From: Lama guanicoe
Lineage: Eukaryota
DNA: 64,000 nt
Direction: 5' to 3'
Assembly: GCA_013239625.1 (NCBI GenBank)
Contig: MU053881.1
Location: forward strand, 1,426,001-1,490,000
The stretch's first letter is position 1; every line of letters starts with the position of its first letter. Both the position numbers and the translations under genes were made by a program. Below the pieces are notes generated by a model, which searched no databases, was not told the DNA's origin, and was given only the letters and a program-made list of their open reading frames with translations. Below are positions 24,520-37,871 of the stretch, piece by piece.

Positions 24520-25035
24520 TCAGGCCCTGGCCAGACCATCTCCAGGATGTCTGCCTCTGCTGGGCAGCGTGGCATCTGCCCCCGCGTCTTTTGGTGATAG
24601 CAGCCTGGTTTTCCTGGAGCAACCCCCGCCTTCTCTAGTCCCAGGCTATGGCTTGGAATAGGCTGACCCCACCATCTAGTAATTAGCACATGACCCAGTC
24701 AGCCCCAAAAGAGGCAAATTCCAGACTTTTCCTGGAAACTTTGGCATAGAGAGGCTCTCTTTCCATTGGGGTTGGGGAGGTGGCAGAATGTGGGCCTGAA
24801 GCTGCTGGGGGCCACAGTATGGATGGCACCCCCGCCCCAATAAATAAAGCCAACACAGAGAAACCAGAGCTGAGAGATGGGGAGGGAGCATCCAGATGAT
24901 GTCATCAGAGCACCTGCATCCAGCCATACCTGCCTCTTCATGGATCTATCAGTAGAAAGAGGGAACCTGTTCTTTGTTTTTAAAGTTCATCTGACCCTGT
25001 TCTGACTTCTGGAGATAAACGTCCTGACTGCTATA
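24520..25035 (+). mobile_element. Old MLT1 (K/L-like) LTR
   Basis: GCACATGACCCAGTC...CTGAAGCTGCTGGGGGCCAC...AAGCCAACACAGAG...GCATCCAGCCATACCTG...GTCCTGACT. Confidence 0.6.
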
Positions 25036-26539
25036 CTGCCCTACTGAGAGCAGGTGTTCTCCCCAGACCCCAGCCACATTACAGACCAGTTTCCCTAGGG
25101 GTGTTCACTCCCATGGGGTCTGCATTTTTGAGGTCCCTGTCAGAGGTCACACAAATAAATGGTCATAGATGGGAGAGGCTCTCAGTGATAACGCAGTGAG
25201 TGGAAGCCATGTTCACAGCCCATCTACCGGAACCTGTCTCGTCCTCAGTGACAGCTCAGTGTCGTGTTGTGGCTTCGTCCCAGCGGCCTCAGAATCTGGA
25301 ACGTGTGCTGACCACATTGAGGAAAGTTTCCTTCCCATTGTTCATCATTCAAAGTCTCATTGCGATTTTTTCTGGGTATGCTGGTTCGTATTTTCACACG
25401 CACGGTTGGTTCGGTAATGGAAATAATTGCATGCGCTGATAAAGTGTGGCAACAAATGAAAGAAAATGATATAAAAGCACCCACCCTCGTGCTTGCGTGA
25501 ACACAGAGGAGGAAAATTTCCGCCTGTGGTTAAACAGGAACAGAGCTTCGGAGCCGCTCTTCCCCGGCCGGTTCCAGTGACACATCCTTGCAACTCCAGA
25601 CCACATGGATTGCTCGGAGCTCGTCCACCCCCTGCAGTTTCTTCCGATTCACTTCTGGGCCTGGATAGAGGCTGTGCTTGGGGCGTCTGATACAGGACAG
25701 GGCTGCGTGGCTCGTTACTGAAACGACCTCAGGGCCAGAATCGTGCTGTGAAAGCTACATTTGGTGTCCAAGGGTTCAAGATGGACCATCCTATCCTCAG
25801 ACAGAGGGGAGACTGCAAGATAAGAGGAAGGGTGCCCTATGACAGAAGGGATCAGCAGCCCCTGTGAGCTGACTCTGGTCTGCGGACAGCGCCCACGTCT
25901 GGGTGCTGGGTGCCTGCCTGGATGGTGCCTGGTGGTGTTGGCTGGCATCAGGCCCCCCATCCTGCCCTCCAGCAGTGCCCCCTTGTCCTCAGAGATAAGC
26001 TCTTCAACTCCCCTTGGGTGTATCCTTTCTCGAAAGACTCCTGGACACAGCTCAGGGGCTGCAGGTGTCTAGGAGTGCCCCAGTGTTCCTTGCTGGACGA
26101 CTGGGGTTAGGGTCGTGCACCCTCACACCAGCTCCCAGACACCTGGGGACAGTGGCCAGGCCTCTCCCAGTCCCAGGGGAGGCTACTGAGGCCAAACTGT
26201 TGTTCCTGTTAAAATGTGTTGTGAGTGGAATTCACGTGGGCTAAATACATATATCCTAATTTGAGAGGGGGAAAGAAAACATGGTTGGTTGTCTTCCAAA
26301 GGCAGTCACTTGCCTGGTTAGTGTTTCTCTCTCTCCTGCCCCCAGATTACAGAGAGAAAATGTCCAGGTCATGTTTCCAAATTTCATTTCATAAACTGAA
26401 AACACATTTTAGGTCTCCCAGGACGGAAGACACCTTCATCTAGTTAACTCAGTTTTTGATGTTTACACGATGTAAGGTCCTGTAACCTTTCCCTTGTTTA
26501 AGCGAACTAGGAGAATTGTTACTTTGCCAAGTCTTCCTG

Positions 26540-26970
26540 TTCTTTTTTTTTTTTTAACATTCTTCTATTGTAGTAAAATACATTTTTCACTTTACCCATT
26601 TTTAAGTCTACAGTTCAGTGGCATTAATTATATTTATAATGGTGTGAAACCATCCCCACTGGCTATTCCCAAAACTTTCTCATCACCCCATATAGAAACT
26701 TTGTAACCATTTAGCAATAACCCATGTCTCCCCACCGCAGCTCATGGTTTAACCTCTCATCTGCTATCTATCTCTATGAATTTGTCTAGTCTGCTTATAT
26801 GAAAATGGTCTTTTGTGTCTGGCTTCTTTCCCTGAGCACAGTGTTACCGGGGTTCAGCCACGTTTGAGAATGAATCAGTACTTCATTCATTTTTTATGAC
26901 TGAATACTATTCCATTATGTGCATTTACCCCATCTGGTATATCCATTCATCAATTGATAGCCATTTGAAC
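26540..26970 (-). mobile_element. L1MB-type 3' end
   Basis: T-rich tail then TTTAAGTCTACAGTTCAGTGGCATTAA...TGACTGAATACTATTCCATT. Confidence 0.85.
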
Positions 26971-27089
26971 CTCCTCATTCTTAAATTTTGGTCTTGAACA
27001 GTTTGGGGGAGTAAATTTAATATTAACATTTTATTCCTGTAAAGTCTTCATTCATAATACCACTTGGACTATTGACTAGAATGAAATGG

Positions 27090-27300
27090 GACATTTATTG
27101 ATTGTCTTCTATAAACTAGGCAGTGTGCTGGGGCCACGCACATGGTGTCAACTCATTTAATCCTCAAAAACATAGCAGAAGTAGATCTTATCACCCCATT
27201 TTGAAGATGAAAACACTGAAACTCAAGAGAGGATAAGGGACTTGCTCAAGGTCACACAGCTAGCACGTGGCTTGGCTGAGCTGTGAGCCCTGGTTAGTCC
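27090..27300 (-). mobile_element. MIR SINE
   Basis: CTCATTTAATCCTC...CCCCATTTTGAAGATGAAAACACTGA...CTTGCTCAAGGTCACACAGCTAG. Confidence 0.8.
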
Positions 27301-27696
27301 CTTATCCACATGTTCCCATCCAGACATCCTGTCTGCTCTCTCTCAGTAATCATGAAGACAAACTGGTTCACGCCACTGTGTCCCACTTGGAGATGTGACG
27401 GAGATGCCTTCCTCCCAGATGCATCAATAGAGCCTCAAGCCCTGGTCCAAAATGGCCCAGGTTTCATCCTTTGGCCTTAGTGTATCCCTTATCAACTCTT
27501 CAAAGATGAGAGAAAGTAGGTGGGAGTCACATGTGTGCCTGCTCTTAGGGAGGCGTTGGGACCCTTGAGTAACTGGTCTGTTTGCACTGCAATTGGAGAA
27601 CCAGTGACCAGCTACCTCACTGAGCGCTCTGCTCTGGCAGCAAAGTCAGGGACACATTCATTCCCTCCCTTTTCCCTCTCTGCCTCCCTTCTGACT

Positions 27697-27999
27697 ATCT
27701 GTCCATCCATCCGTCCATCCACCCATCCATCCATCTGACATCCATCCATCCAACCATCCAAGAATCCATGCATTTATTCATCTGCTCATCCACCCACCCA
27801 TCCATCCATCCATGCATCCACCCATACATCCACTCATCTATCCATCTGTCCACTTATCCATCCATCCATCTGTTTGACACCCGTCCATCCAACCATCCAT
27901 GAATCCATGCATTTATTCATCTGCTCATCACCCACCCATCCATCCATCCGTGCACCTACCCATACATTCACTCATCCACTTATCCATCCATCCATGCAT
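27697..27999. repeat. (TCCA)n simple repeat with internal ~139-bp duplication
   Basis: CCATCC units; ATCCATGCATTTATTCATCTGCTCATC appears twice. Confidence 0.9.
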
Positions 28000-29299
28000 C
28001 TTGACAATGTTTGTTGCAGGCCTGGTGGATGCTAGGTCCTGTGCTAGGCAGCACCAATGACCAGTGAGACAAACATGTGTCAGTAGAGGATGGATCCAAT
28101 CAGTATAATGTATTAAAAGTCAGGAAACTATTTTAAAATCCTGATTCCTGGCTACTCCTGGAAACGCTGGGAGACCAGGCAGCACCGGAGCCCAGTATGC
28201 CGCCTGGCGGTGCCTGCCAGACGTGGGTGGGTAGCACTGTGCAGGGCGTCTGCCTCTGGTTCCCCTCAGCCCCGCCACTGCCGGCTGTCTTGCACCTGGA
28301 CCACGCCGCATGCCAGGCCCCGAGAGGCCTTTGAGCCTGCACCTCCCACTAGAGCTGTGTTTGCAGCAACCGCTGCCTGGCTTCACAGTCTGCCCCAGCC
28401 TGAGACCTGGACTTTGTTCCAGCACATTCTGCCCCTGAACTCGCAGTTACCTCATCTGCACAATAAAGATGGAGGGAGGTGAGTGAAGATGCTACCGGAG
28501 CTGAGAACGATCTGCAGGCTGCAACATGCTGTTCAAAAGAAAGGGCTGCCAGTGCTGAGAGCATGAGCCTCCAGGAGAGGGTGAGCAAACGGGCCTTGCT
28601 TGCCGACAGGCTGCGTGCTGTACTGTGGATTCTCCTGTTGGTTGAGGAGGGCCGCTGGTTGGCATCCTGCCTGCACGCTGCTCAGTGCTGTCAGTGGTGG
28701 GCACGTGGGCCTGTTTCTCCCGTCAGCGCCCATGTAGAGACGGGCCTCGGGGAGCGTCTCACCCGTCCCACTGGGTCTCTGATGCTGGGATGTCGGCGTT
28801 TGCCCCGCCTTCCCCACCAGTGAGGGGTACATGTTTGATTTTACCCACTCATTCATTCTTACACCAAGTCTCGATTAATCCCCTTCTAGACGTGGAGGAC
28901 GCCGCAGTAGAATAAGACTGACAGCTGCTGAGGGGCTCACCTTTCCCTGGGAATAAAGGATGACACGTTATGGCCACGCCTGGCTGGCCTTCTCTGGCTG
29001 GTCTCGGCTAGGGGACTGGATGGACAGATGGGAGGGTGGGCGCGCTGAAGCTCTCTGCCGACTGGAGTCTCTGTCCCAGCTGGGTCCGGGCTCCGGGCCC
29101 AGCCGCATCCCGTCGTGGCCTCTTGAAGTCCTGAGCGTTGACATGGGCAGGCCCGCCGGGGCCCTGCCTGGTGCACGTCTGTGCACCACAGTGGACTCTC
29201 TGCAGGCACCCGGCCATGGACGTTTCAGCTTTGTGTACGGGAAGACCCAGCTCGCCAGTTACTCAGAGCACATGCAGGGCCTCATACCCCCTCGTTCTT

Positions 29300-30800
29300 T
29301 CATTTCATGCTAATTATTTAGCATCAGGACGGGTGTGAGGAGCAGGGATACCTGGCAGGCCAGGTGGGCACAGCCCCTGCCCTCATGGAACTTCTGGGGG
29401 AGACTGGAGGAACACCCCATCCAGGCCTGAGGCATCAGGGCGCTTTGAAAGGGAGAAGACACCTAAGTGGAGATACATAAGTAGGAACTGGGAAGAGGGA
29501 CCTTAAAAGCCTTCTGTAGCCCGGAGCCTTCAAGGATGGGTAGAGTCCAGTCACGATGGGTAGAAAGTAGAGTTTGTACACGAGGTGGTTGAGGGCACAC
29601 AGGGCGAGAAGGCAGGCAGGAGCAGTGCTGCTTGCAAGGAGTGAGCCTGGAAAGAGGGTTAATCGGCACTTAGGACATTTAGTCCTTGTACCCTGGTCAG
29701 GGGGTTGGAACTAATCCGAAAAGCCAGGAAGACCCCTAGGGAGTTTTCAGCCGGGATGCATCGAGCACTTTGGCATTCAAGTTGGGTGAGGATGGACCTG
29801 GGGGCCAGACCTCCGGCCGGGGCTGGGGGGCCGGCGGGGAGCTGCTTAGCTGTCTGGGGCGAGAGGAGTCGCTGGTTCTCCTGGTGCCTGGGGGCAGACT
29901 GGCTGGGGCTCGGGCTTCACTAGCTGTGAGAGGGGAGGGCAGGAGGGGGCAGGGTCACGGGAGGGCTCTTGTGTTTCGGGTCTGGATGGCCGTGAGGAGC
30001 AGAAGGGAGGAGCCTCTTGGGTGTAAGAGAAGATGGTCGAGGTGGGACATCACGGTGGAGGCTCCCAGGATGCTGTGGGAATTTGGTTCTGAGGCTCTGG
30101 ATTGACAGTGAAAACTCAGGGAGGAGGTGAGAGCTCTGAAGGGGGCTCTGCAGAGAGATGGGGGAGAGGGCTCGTCATGCAGCCTGAGGAACCCACCAAG
30201 ATGAAGGGAACTCGGTTTAAGGGAAGGGCATGGGGAGGGGCCCACAGAGGAGGCAGCAGACAGAAGCAGGTGGGGAGAGCCCGGCCGTGAGAGCGGGGTG
30301 GAGGCCCCAGGTGAGCCGGCCCGCGGGGTCAGGCGGCACCAAGGCCAAAATGTGGCCCTGGGCCCCAACAGGGAGGTCAGTTGAGAACTTGGTGAGTATT
30401 ATCTGGGGGCAGGGGGAGTCGAGGAGTGGGTGGGAGGTGTGGGGGAGAGGCAGAGGCGGGGCTGAGCCCGGAGGTGGGCAGGGAGCTGGGCGGTGCTCAG
30501 GAGGGAGGGAGCCTTAGTGTGGGTGGCAGCGGAGCGGCCAGGGGAGTGGGGGAGACCAGAGGGCTGAAGCGAGGGCCCTGCAGAGGTAGGAGGAGGCGGG
30601 GTCCAGGCCAGGAGGAAGGACAGGTCTGGGTTGGGAGGACGAGGAAGTCACCTCTGCAACTTCTGTTTCTTCGGTGAAGGGGAGGGCGTGCTGAGCACCC
30701 GGGGAGACTGGAGCTGGATGGACGAGAGGAGGAAGGGTCTAGGCGTTTGGGGGCTGAGGAGGATCTGTGGATCTGGCATGGCTTTCCTCACCACCCCTCC
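29300..30800 (-). mobile_element. Long degraded L2
   Basis: TTCATTTCA tail, CCCTGCCCTCATGGAACTT, and purine-rich antisense L2 body. Confidence 0.5.
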
Positions 30801-32049
30801 CTACTCTGGCTGCTTAGGGCCCCAGCCCACCGGAGAGCAGGCACGGATTCCGGACCAGGGCGGCTTCTGGACCGACCCCGGCCCGCCTACGTGCAGGCTC
30901 CCAGCGGGGGCCCACATGGACCTGGTCCTGCCCGCACCCAGGTGGGCAGGTGCAGAAGGAGCCTTCGAGGGCCCAGAGGCTGGAGGCTGAGGGCTGCTGC
31001 GGGCGGGGGGCCGTGGAGGAGCAGAAGCAGCCCAGGGCAATGTGGCTTCCAGAGGGAAGGCCCCCCTCACAGAGGAGCCCACGGGCCGGCCCTCCCCGCG
31101 CCTGCTGCTCAGCTGCTGCAGGAGGCCCGGGCCGCACATGGCTCCTGGGCGGCCGTGAGAATAGGCAGCGACTGTCTTCGGCTTGGAAAAGCTTTGCTTC
31201 AAAGAGATTTGATGTTCATTGGACTCTGGGGAGAAAAAGCTCTAAATAGTAGAACCTCAGCGGAGAACACAGATGAGACTTGGTTCCTTTCCTTCGCTTT
31301 GTGCCTGATGACTAAGCCTGCTCTGACAGTGCTGAGCCGTAATTTGAATTTGCAGCCAGTGTGGAGCATCTGGGCCTATGAGGGACAGGGACTCCAAGGC
31401 TGGGCAAAGGCGACCAGTTCCAGAAGGTGGTGTTTTTCCTCCCATACCTGTCAGCGACAAACCGGGGTTTTCTGTGTTGGCCCGCAGCCCTGAATTCCCC
31501 AGGTGTCCCCTTTGTCCGTGGCTGGGGGCAGCGCCTGCTGTGTCAGCCCTCCCACTAGGCTGTGAGTCCCAGGCCGACGCCTGTCTGCAGCCTCGGCCCC
31601 TGTGGCCCCAGGATGTGGCACTGAGTGTGGTGATGGATTTGGGGTCAGTGGGTTGTTGGATGAACTGATGAATGTATGAGAAGGGAATCGCTGGGCTCCT
31701 CAGAGAGAACTGTGGGCTTACAGGATTTGTTTCATGCTGGCGTTCAGCCCCTCCATCTAAGCCACATGCTGTCACTGGAACAATCTTCCCAATGAAACCC
31801 TGCCTTTGGAGCTTCCTCTTCTCAGAACCCTCAGCGGCTCCCTGCTTCTTCAGCGTCAAATCCAGATGCCCCAGCCTGGCGCACCTCTGGGGCCTGCCTG
31901 CCAGCCAGGATGGGCATCCCCTTGCCCTCCGAACACACCTGCTCACCCTGCCTCTGCACCTTTATCCCTGAGTCCTTGTACCCAGAGCCCCGTTCCTCAG
32001 ACAGCATGGAATGAAGGGCAGAGGCTGTGGACTAAGAATGTCTGGGTTC

Positions 32050-32330
32050 AGAATGTAAAATGGTGCAGCTGCTATGGAACACAGTATGGGGGTTCTTCAA
32101 AAAATTAAAAACACCATCGCTATATGATGCAGCAATCCCACTTCTGGAAATCCCACATGCCTCAAAGAATTGAAAGCAGGGACATGAGATATTTGTACAC
32201 TCATGTTCACAGCAGCATTACTTACTAAAGCCTAAAGGTGGAAGCAACCCAAGTGTCCATGGATGGGTGAATGGACAAGCGAAATGTGGTATGTAGCCTT
32301 AAAAAGAAAGGAAATTCTCACACACACTGT
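32050..32330 (+). mobile_element. L1M ORF2-end/3'UTR fragment
   Basis: AATGTAAAATGGTGCAGCTGCTATGGAA...CAGCAATCCCACTTCTGG...GCAACCCAAGTGTCCAT. Confidence 0.85.
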
Positions 32331-32389
32331 GTCTCAGACTGGGTATCTTATATAAGATACATGCGTATCTTTATCTAGATACATAGACA

Positions 32390-34130
32390 GATTCTTTTCT
32401 CACAAAACAGGATCACACAGTAAATATTATTGCTAAAAATAGCCCAATATTCCACATCCATTTCCTTGTGTGATTAACTCTGCTTCTGCAACTTCATGAG
32501 TGCCGCGTAAGAGTCCATCACGACTGTGCGCCCAAATCTATGCAGCCAGGCCTCTGCTGCTGAACATTGAGGCTGTTTCCAGTTTTCTGCTTATAAATAA
32601 TGCTGCACTGAACATCCCTGTACACGCTCACTTGCTCATCTATCTAATTTCCTCTTGACAGATTCCCCAAATCGGAATTGCTGAGTCAAATGGTATGCAA
32701 ATTTTTAAGCTTCTTTTCCACACAGTATTTCCAAAGTCCCCTCTCAAAGGGTCGTATCAGTGTGGGTGACTCCCCCTCGGGATGTACCAGAGTGTCCACC
32801 CTCATCCAGCAGTGAGTAGTCCGTTTACATTTTTTTCGTTTTTTTAAAAAAAATTGATAGCATACCGTTGCTATCTGAGCTGATAACATGTGTTAATCAT
32901 TGCCCCGTCCCAGGGATGTTCAAAATTCTCCCCTCACTTAATTTCCCCCATGAGGACAACATCAGTGTCCCTCTCTTTTAGGCTTAGGGTGGAGGCTCAG
33001 GACCTGGTCAGGGAGCAGGGAGACTTGAGTCACTGCAGATCGGGGGGCCCACGGGTCACCAGTGAGGGTCTTTGCACTCCTGTCAGTACAAGAGGGGTCA
33101 ACTGGGGCCCCTGGGAGTGAAGTGCCAAGGAAAGGGTTGGTACCTGGGCTGAAAATTATCTTAAATCGTTTCAGTCTTTAATGAACACACATCCCACTGA
33201 CAATCTGCAAACAGAGTCTTATATGAGCAGAGGCTGGGGGAAGAATGAATGACCATGCCCAGTCACGGGCTAGGGATTAACATCTTCTCCCTCAAGGTGG
33301 TGACTTCCAACCTTGAGACCTCCTTGGCTCCGGAGCTACTGAGAACTTCTTGGCACTGAAGCCTTGGTTATTGGTTCAGAGGTCACATGACTGTCACATC
33401 CCACATAATGGCATTGTGGGTGAATCTACGAAGAAAATGGGCTTTGATCTGTGCACCATCCCAAGGTGACCTCCAGATCTACTTTTGGTGTCACTAAGAA
33501 AAGTTTTTTTTTTCTAACTTAATAAAAAGTTGGCAAAATGAAAAAGTTGGGGGAAAAAAGGAGTCCAGGAAATTAAATCCAATCCCACCACCTTAAAATA
33601 TAATTTCTAGTTGTTTGTTCCTTCCTTTTTAGTTCTTATTTACATATATTAGTTATAATCAATAACATATGTTATTTTCTATTCTGGTTTTCTTACCTCA
33701 TATTGAGTAAACACTTTCCTATGTTTGAATACAGCCATCCTGATTATTTTCATGGTTCCGTGGTAGTCCATCAAATGGGTGTACCCCAGTTCATTGTTTG
33801 GCATTTAGGTTATGTCCAAGTTTTTACTTCATATAAATAAACTCTTGCTTTTGCTTAATTGAGAAAAGGGAATGGCTTTTCTGGAAGCATCTTTTTGGTC
33901 CATAATGTATATTGCCAGTGTGTTTTCTAAAAGGGCTGTATCAGTTTACAGTCATGAGTGTGAGTACCACTTTCACTTCAAGCTCTCCAGCATTGGGTAT
34001 TGTTATTTTTTTTAAGTTTCCTTTTTAATATCTCAGGGAACAGAAGATACAGATTGACTTATGTTCATTTTAAAGATTGATAACCATATTATCTTCTCAT
34101 TATTAATTGTAGGGACATGAAAGCTGTGCT
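32390..34130 (-). mobile_element. Ancient L1ME-type fragments (two blocks, ~32390-32870 and ~33500-34130)
   Basis: GGCTGTTTCCAGTTTTCTGCTTATAAATAATGCTGC; CCAGCATTGGGTATTGTTATTTTT. Confidence 0.55.
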
Positions 34131-34455
34131 TAGAACAATTTCTCAGTGAAAATTATTATGTATTTGAGTATTTCCTGTGTGTGGGGAGCCTGATGGTGAA
34201 CACTAAGGCATGTGGAAGTCATGGTCTCTGCTCTCAAAGAGTGCTCTAGAAGTTGTCTACATTCTCGGTTTCTGAAAAGGTATATAAAGTTTGATAAGAA
34301 TACATGATACACAGTTTAAATGGTGTCTCAAGAAAAAAACAGGCAAGCTGCCCCTAAGCCCATGATAAATCATCTCACTAATGGTCTAGAGAAGGGCTGT
34401 TTAAGAAGTTAAAGGAAAAGTTCAGGCTGGGCTTTATGAGAGGAAGCTTTCTGCT

Positions 34456-34486
34456 TGGGGTGGGGTGGGGTGGGGTGGGGTGGGGT
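34456..34486 (+). repeat. (TGGGG)6 pentamer repeat, G-quadruplex-capable
   Basis: Direct inspection. Confidence 0.9.
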
Positions 34487-34649
34487 GAGATGAGATTGTG
34501 CTGCCCCTTGAATGATGGCTAGCACTGTGTGGCCAGAGGAGGAAGGTCAGAGCATTTCAGCAGTGGTCCGGAGATGGGAAAACGTGAGATAGGTTAAGTC
34601 AGATAGGTTAAGTCTGGGTGAACTTTCACGGCAGTGGCCTGAAAGTTCA

Positions 34650-34800
34650 CCCAGAGCACTCCTCAAACTTCCTTATGCCAAGCTCAGCTGGGGCTCTTGT
34701 TAAAATGCAGGTTCTGGCTCAGCAGGCTGGCTTGGGCGCCTGGGATTCTGTATTGCTAACCAGTTCCTGGGGACTGCTGCAGCCCATCCATGGAATAGCC
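34650..34800. mobile_element. MER5A-like hAT MITE
   Basis: CTCAAACTT...CTGGGGCTCTTGTTAAAATGCAGGTTCTGG...GATTCTGTATT. Confidence 0.7.
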
Positions 34801-35261
34801 CTGATCCAGACAATCCTTTCCTTTTAAGGGTGGGGAAACTGAGTTCCAGCTGCAGCGGGATTATAAACAGTTTGGGCTACAGCTCAGGATTTGTTTAGGA
34901 AACACTCGGATGTAAGCTTGGGACTGTTGGAGAAAAGTAAAAGACGTTGTTTGTGGCATGTGTTTCCAATGCCAGGTATTACTTGACATACTTTATCTCG
35001 GTTTCTCCTCATGACACCCCTACATAATAAGTAGTTTAGTTTCTATTTTCCAGAAGGAAAGTTGAGCCTGTGACAGCCAAAGCGGCCTGCCCAAGGTCGA
35101 ATTAGTATCCTTTCAGGTCATCCCAGCCCCACAGCCGTGACCTTTCACCACTACCTTCAGTGTCACCTAAGGTGTTCAAGTACTTGCTCAGGCGCTGGGA
35201 CTTTGTTTTACTTTTGCTCCACTTTGGCATCTGAAACATACTTTAAAATGTTCCAGGTAAC

Positions 35262-37871
35262 TTCCACTTATGGAAAGATGAAAAAGTACTTTTTCCTATT
35301 CTTCCTGCTAGGAACAACTAAAAGCCATGGGCAGTAGATATGAACCCAACATAAGAAGACTGTTATGGTAGAGAGAAGAAGGTAGACCTGCCAGGGACCT
35401 CAGAACCAAGAAGTGACAGTGATGAGTTCCTAAAAGCCTTCTCTCTCCAGCCAGAGGACCAGGAAGGGGGCACCTCACAAGAGAGAAAAGTTTAGATAAT
35501 AACTGCTTGATTCCAGCCAAGTGGTGTCAGTGGAGGTCACCTGAGGAGCAGCCCCGCCCAGCCAGGATGGGGCTTAGTGAGGAGATGGAAATCCCACTGT
35601 CACCGAGAAGTACCAAGGAGACCCTCCCCACGTCAGGTGTAACAGAGGTCAAGTGGGAACCTGGAGGCTACTCCCCACTGGCAGTAGTGAGATGGTATCT
35701 CCCTTTTCCTACCAGAGTGATGTCAGAGGAGCCAGCTAAAATGGAAGATTTAAATATGATCTAGAATCTCATAATACTTAAAATGTATGTGTTTCAATTG
35801 ACAACCACTTATCATAACAAGAACCAGGAAAATTACAACCTAAATAGAAAAAGACAGTCAATGGCCACCAGCAGCAAGATGGCAGAGATGTTAGAATTAC
35901 CTGCAATGACTATTAAAGTAGCCACCATAGAAATGCTTCAGTGAGCAGTTATGAACATGCCTGAAACAAATGGAAAGCAGAGTCTCAACAAAGAGATAGA
36001 AGAGATAAAGAAAAACAAAATGAAGATTGTAAAACTGAAGAATACAGAAACCAAAGTTAAACACTCAGTGGAGGGCATCAACAGCAGGACAGGGGACAAC
36101 AGAATAAAGAATCAGTGAACCAGAAGATAGAGTAATAGAAATTACACCATCTGAACATCGGGTAAAATAGACCAAAACAAAACAAACAAAAATGAACACA
36201 GCCTTAGGGACTTGTGGAATTACCACAAAAGATCTAACATTCTTGTTTTTGGAGTCCCAGAAGGAGAAAAGGAAGAGGGCAGATTGAAAAGTAACTTAAG
36301 AAATAATGGCCGAAAACTTTCCAAATTTGGCAAAAGACAAATTTTTGAAACTTTGAATCCTACCATTTCAAAAAGCTAAGCAAATCCCAAATAGGATAAA
36401 CCCAAAGAAATACACACTGAGACTCAAGTCCAATTTCTGAAATCTCATAACAAGAAACAATCATGAAGCAGTCAGAGAGAAGCAACACCTTACCTACAGG
36501 ACAAATACAATTTGAATGACAGTATATTTCTCCTCAGAAACCATGGAGGCCAGAAGGAAGTGGCATAATAATTTTCAAGTGCTGAAACAAAAGAACTGTT
36601 AACCCAGAATCCTCTACTAAAAATATCCATCAGAAATGAAAAGGAAATCAAGACATTCTCATGTGAAAGGGAAATTGAGGGAATTTGTCACCAGCAGACC
36701 TACCCTAGAAGGAAATTCTCTGAAGAAAAGAAATATTAAAAGAAGGACTTTTGGAACATCACTAAGGAAAAGAGACCAACAGAATGAATAAAAACCATTT
36801 TTTTTTCCTCCTCTTGAATTTTCTAAGTGTGATAGTTGAAGCAAAGCTATAGCACTCCTTGATGTGGTATAGAGGAAATAGTTAAGACAATTATAACATA
36901 AGTGGAGGAGGGTACAGGGAGGTAAGATTTCTACATCTCACTCAAATTGGCAAAATCACAATGCCAGTAAACTGTGACCGCTTATGTCTCTATAATATAA
37001 TACCTAGAAAAACCACTGGGAATGTTATACAAAGTGATATGTGCGAGAACACTAGAGAGATCTCAAAGTGGAATTCAAAAAAGATGTTCGAGTAACCCAC
37101 AGGAAGACAGGAAAAGTAAAACAGAAATAAAAAATAGAACAAACAGAATGAAAATTAAAAGCACACACTTAAGCCCTGATATAAATAATTACATTAAATA
37201 TAAATGTAAATGGTCTAACTATACCAACTAAAAGACAGAGACTGTCAGAGTGGATTAAAAAAAAACAAACCATGACCCAACTGTAAGCTGCCTACAGAAA
37301 CTTACTTAAAATATATGAATATAGGTAGACTGAAAGTGAAAGGACGGAAAAAGATCTACATCATGCAGATATTGATTAAAAGAAAGCAGGAGTGGCTGTA
37401 TTAATAAAGTAGACTTCAGAGGAAAGACAATCATCAGGGACAGAGAGGGACATTATATAATGATAAAAAGGTTTATCCACCGAAAAGAGATACAGATCGT
37501 GAATGTGTATTCTCCAAAGACGAGAGCTAAAACATATGTGAAGCAAAAACTGAAAGCACTGAAAGGAGAAGTAAATCCGCACTTATTGTTGTAAAGGGAT
37601 CGATGAGGAAGATCTTTGCGGTGATGGGACGTTTCTGTGTGTTGACTGCAGTGGTTGCAGCACTGATCTACATTGTGATAAAATTGCATAGGAGTATATG
37701 CACACAGTGCACCAGTGTCAGCTTCTCGATTTTGACGTTGCACTGTACTTACGTAAGAAGTCACCACGGGGGGAACTGGATGAACGGATCTAGAGAATTC
37801 TCTGTACTATCTGTAACTTCCTGTGAATCTATAATTAGTTCAAAATTAAAAGTTTTTTTTTGAAAGAAAAC
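35262..37871 (+). mobile_element. Ancient L1MC/MD-type element: 5'UTR, ORF1, ORF2 endonuclease start, then 3'UTR (most of ORF2 missing)
   Basis: ORF1-like KNKMKIVKLKNTETKVKHSVEGINSR near 36010-36090; endonuclease start AAATGTAAATGGTCTAA near 37200; L1MC-type 3' end 37590-37860; flanking repeat TTCCAGGTAAC at 35251-35261 and 37872-37882. Confidence 0.8.

Noticed and set aside
27697..27999. Repeat-spacer-like pattern
   Set aside because: Degenerate tetranucleotide microsatellite in mammalian DNA; not a CRISPR array.
30747..31946. Longest ORFs in the track (248 aa plus, 229 aa minus)
   Set aside because: Low-complexity Gly/Pro/Arg/Ala composition, overlapping ORFs in many frames, no recognisable domain; expected in GC-rich non-coding DNA.
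32343..32360. 18-bp palindrome GTATCTTATATAAGATAC
   Set aside because: Lies in decayed AT-rich low-complexity sequence between L1 fragments.
34587..34614. Perfect 14-bp tandem duplication AGATAGGTTAAGTC
   Set aside because: Ordinary small slippage or repair duplication with no inserted element.
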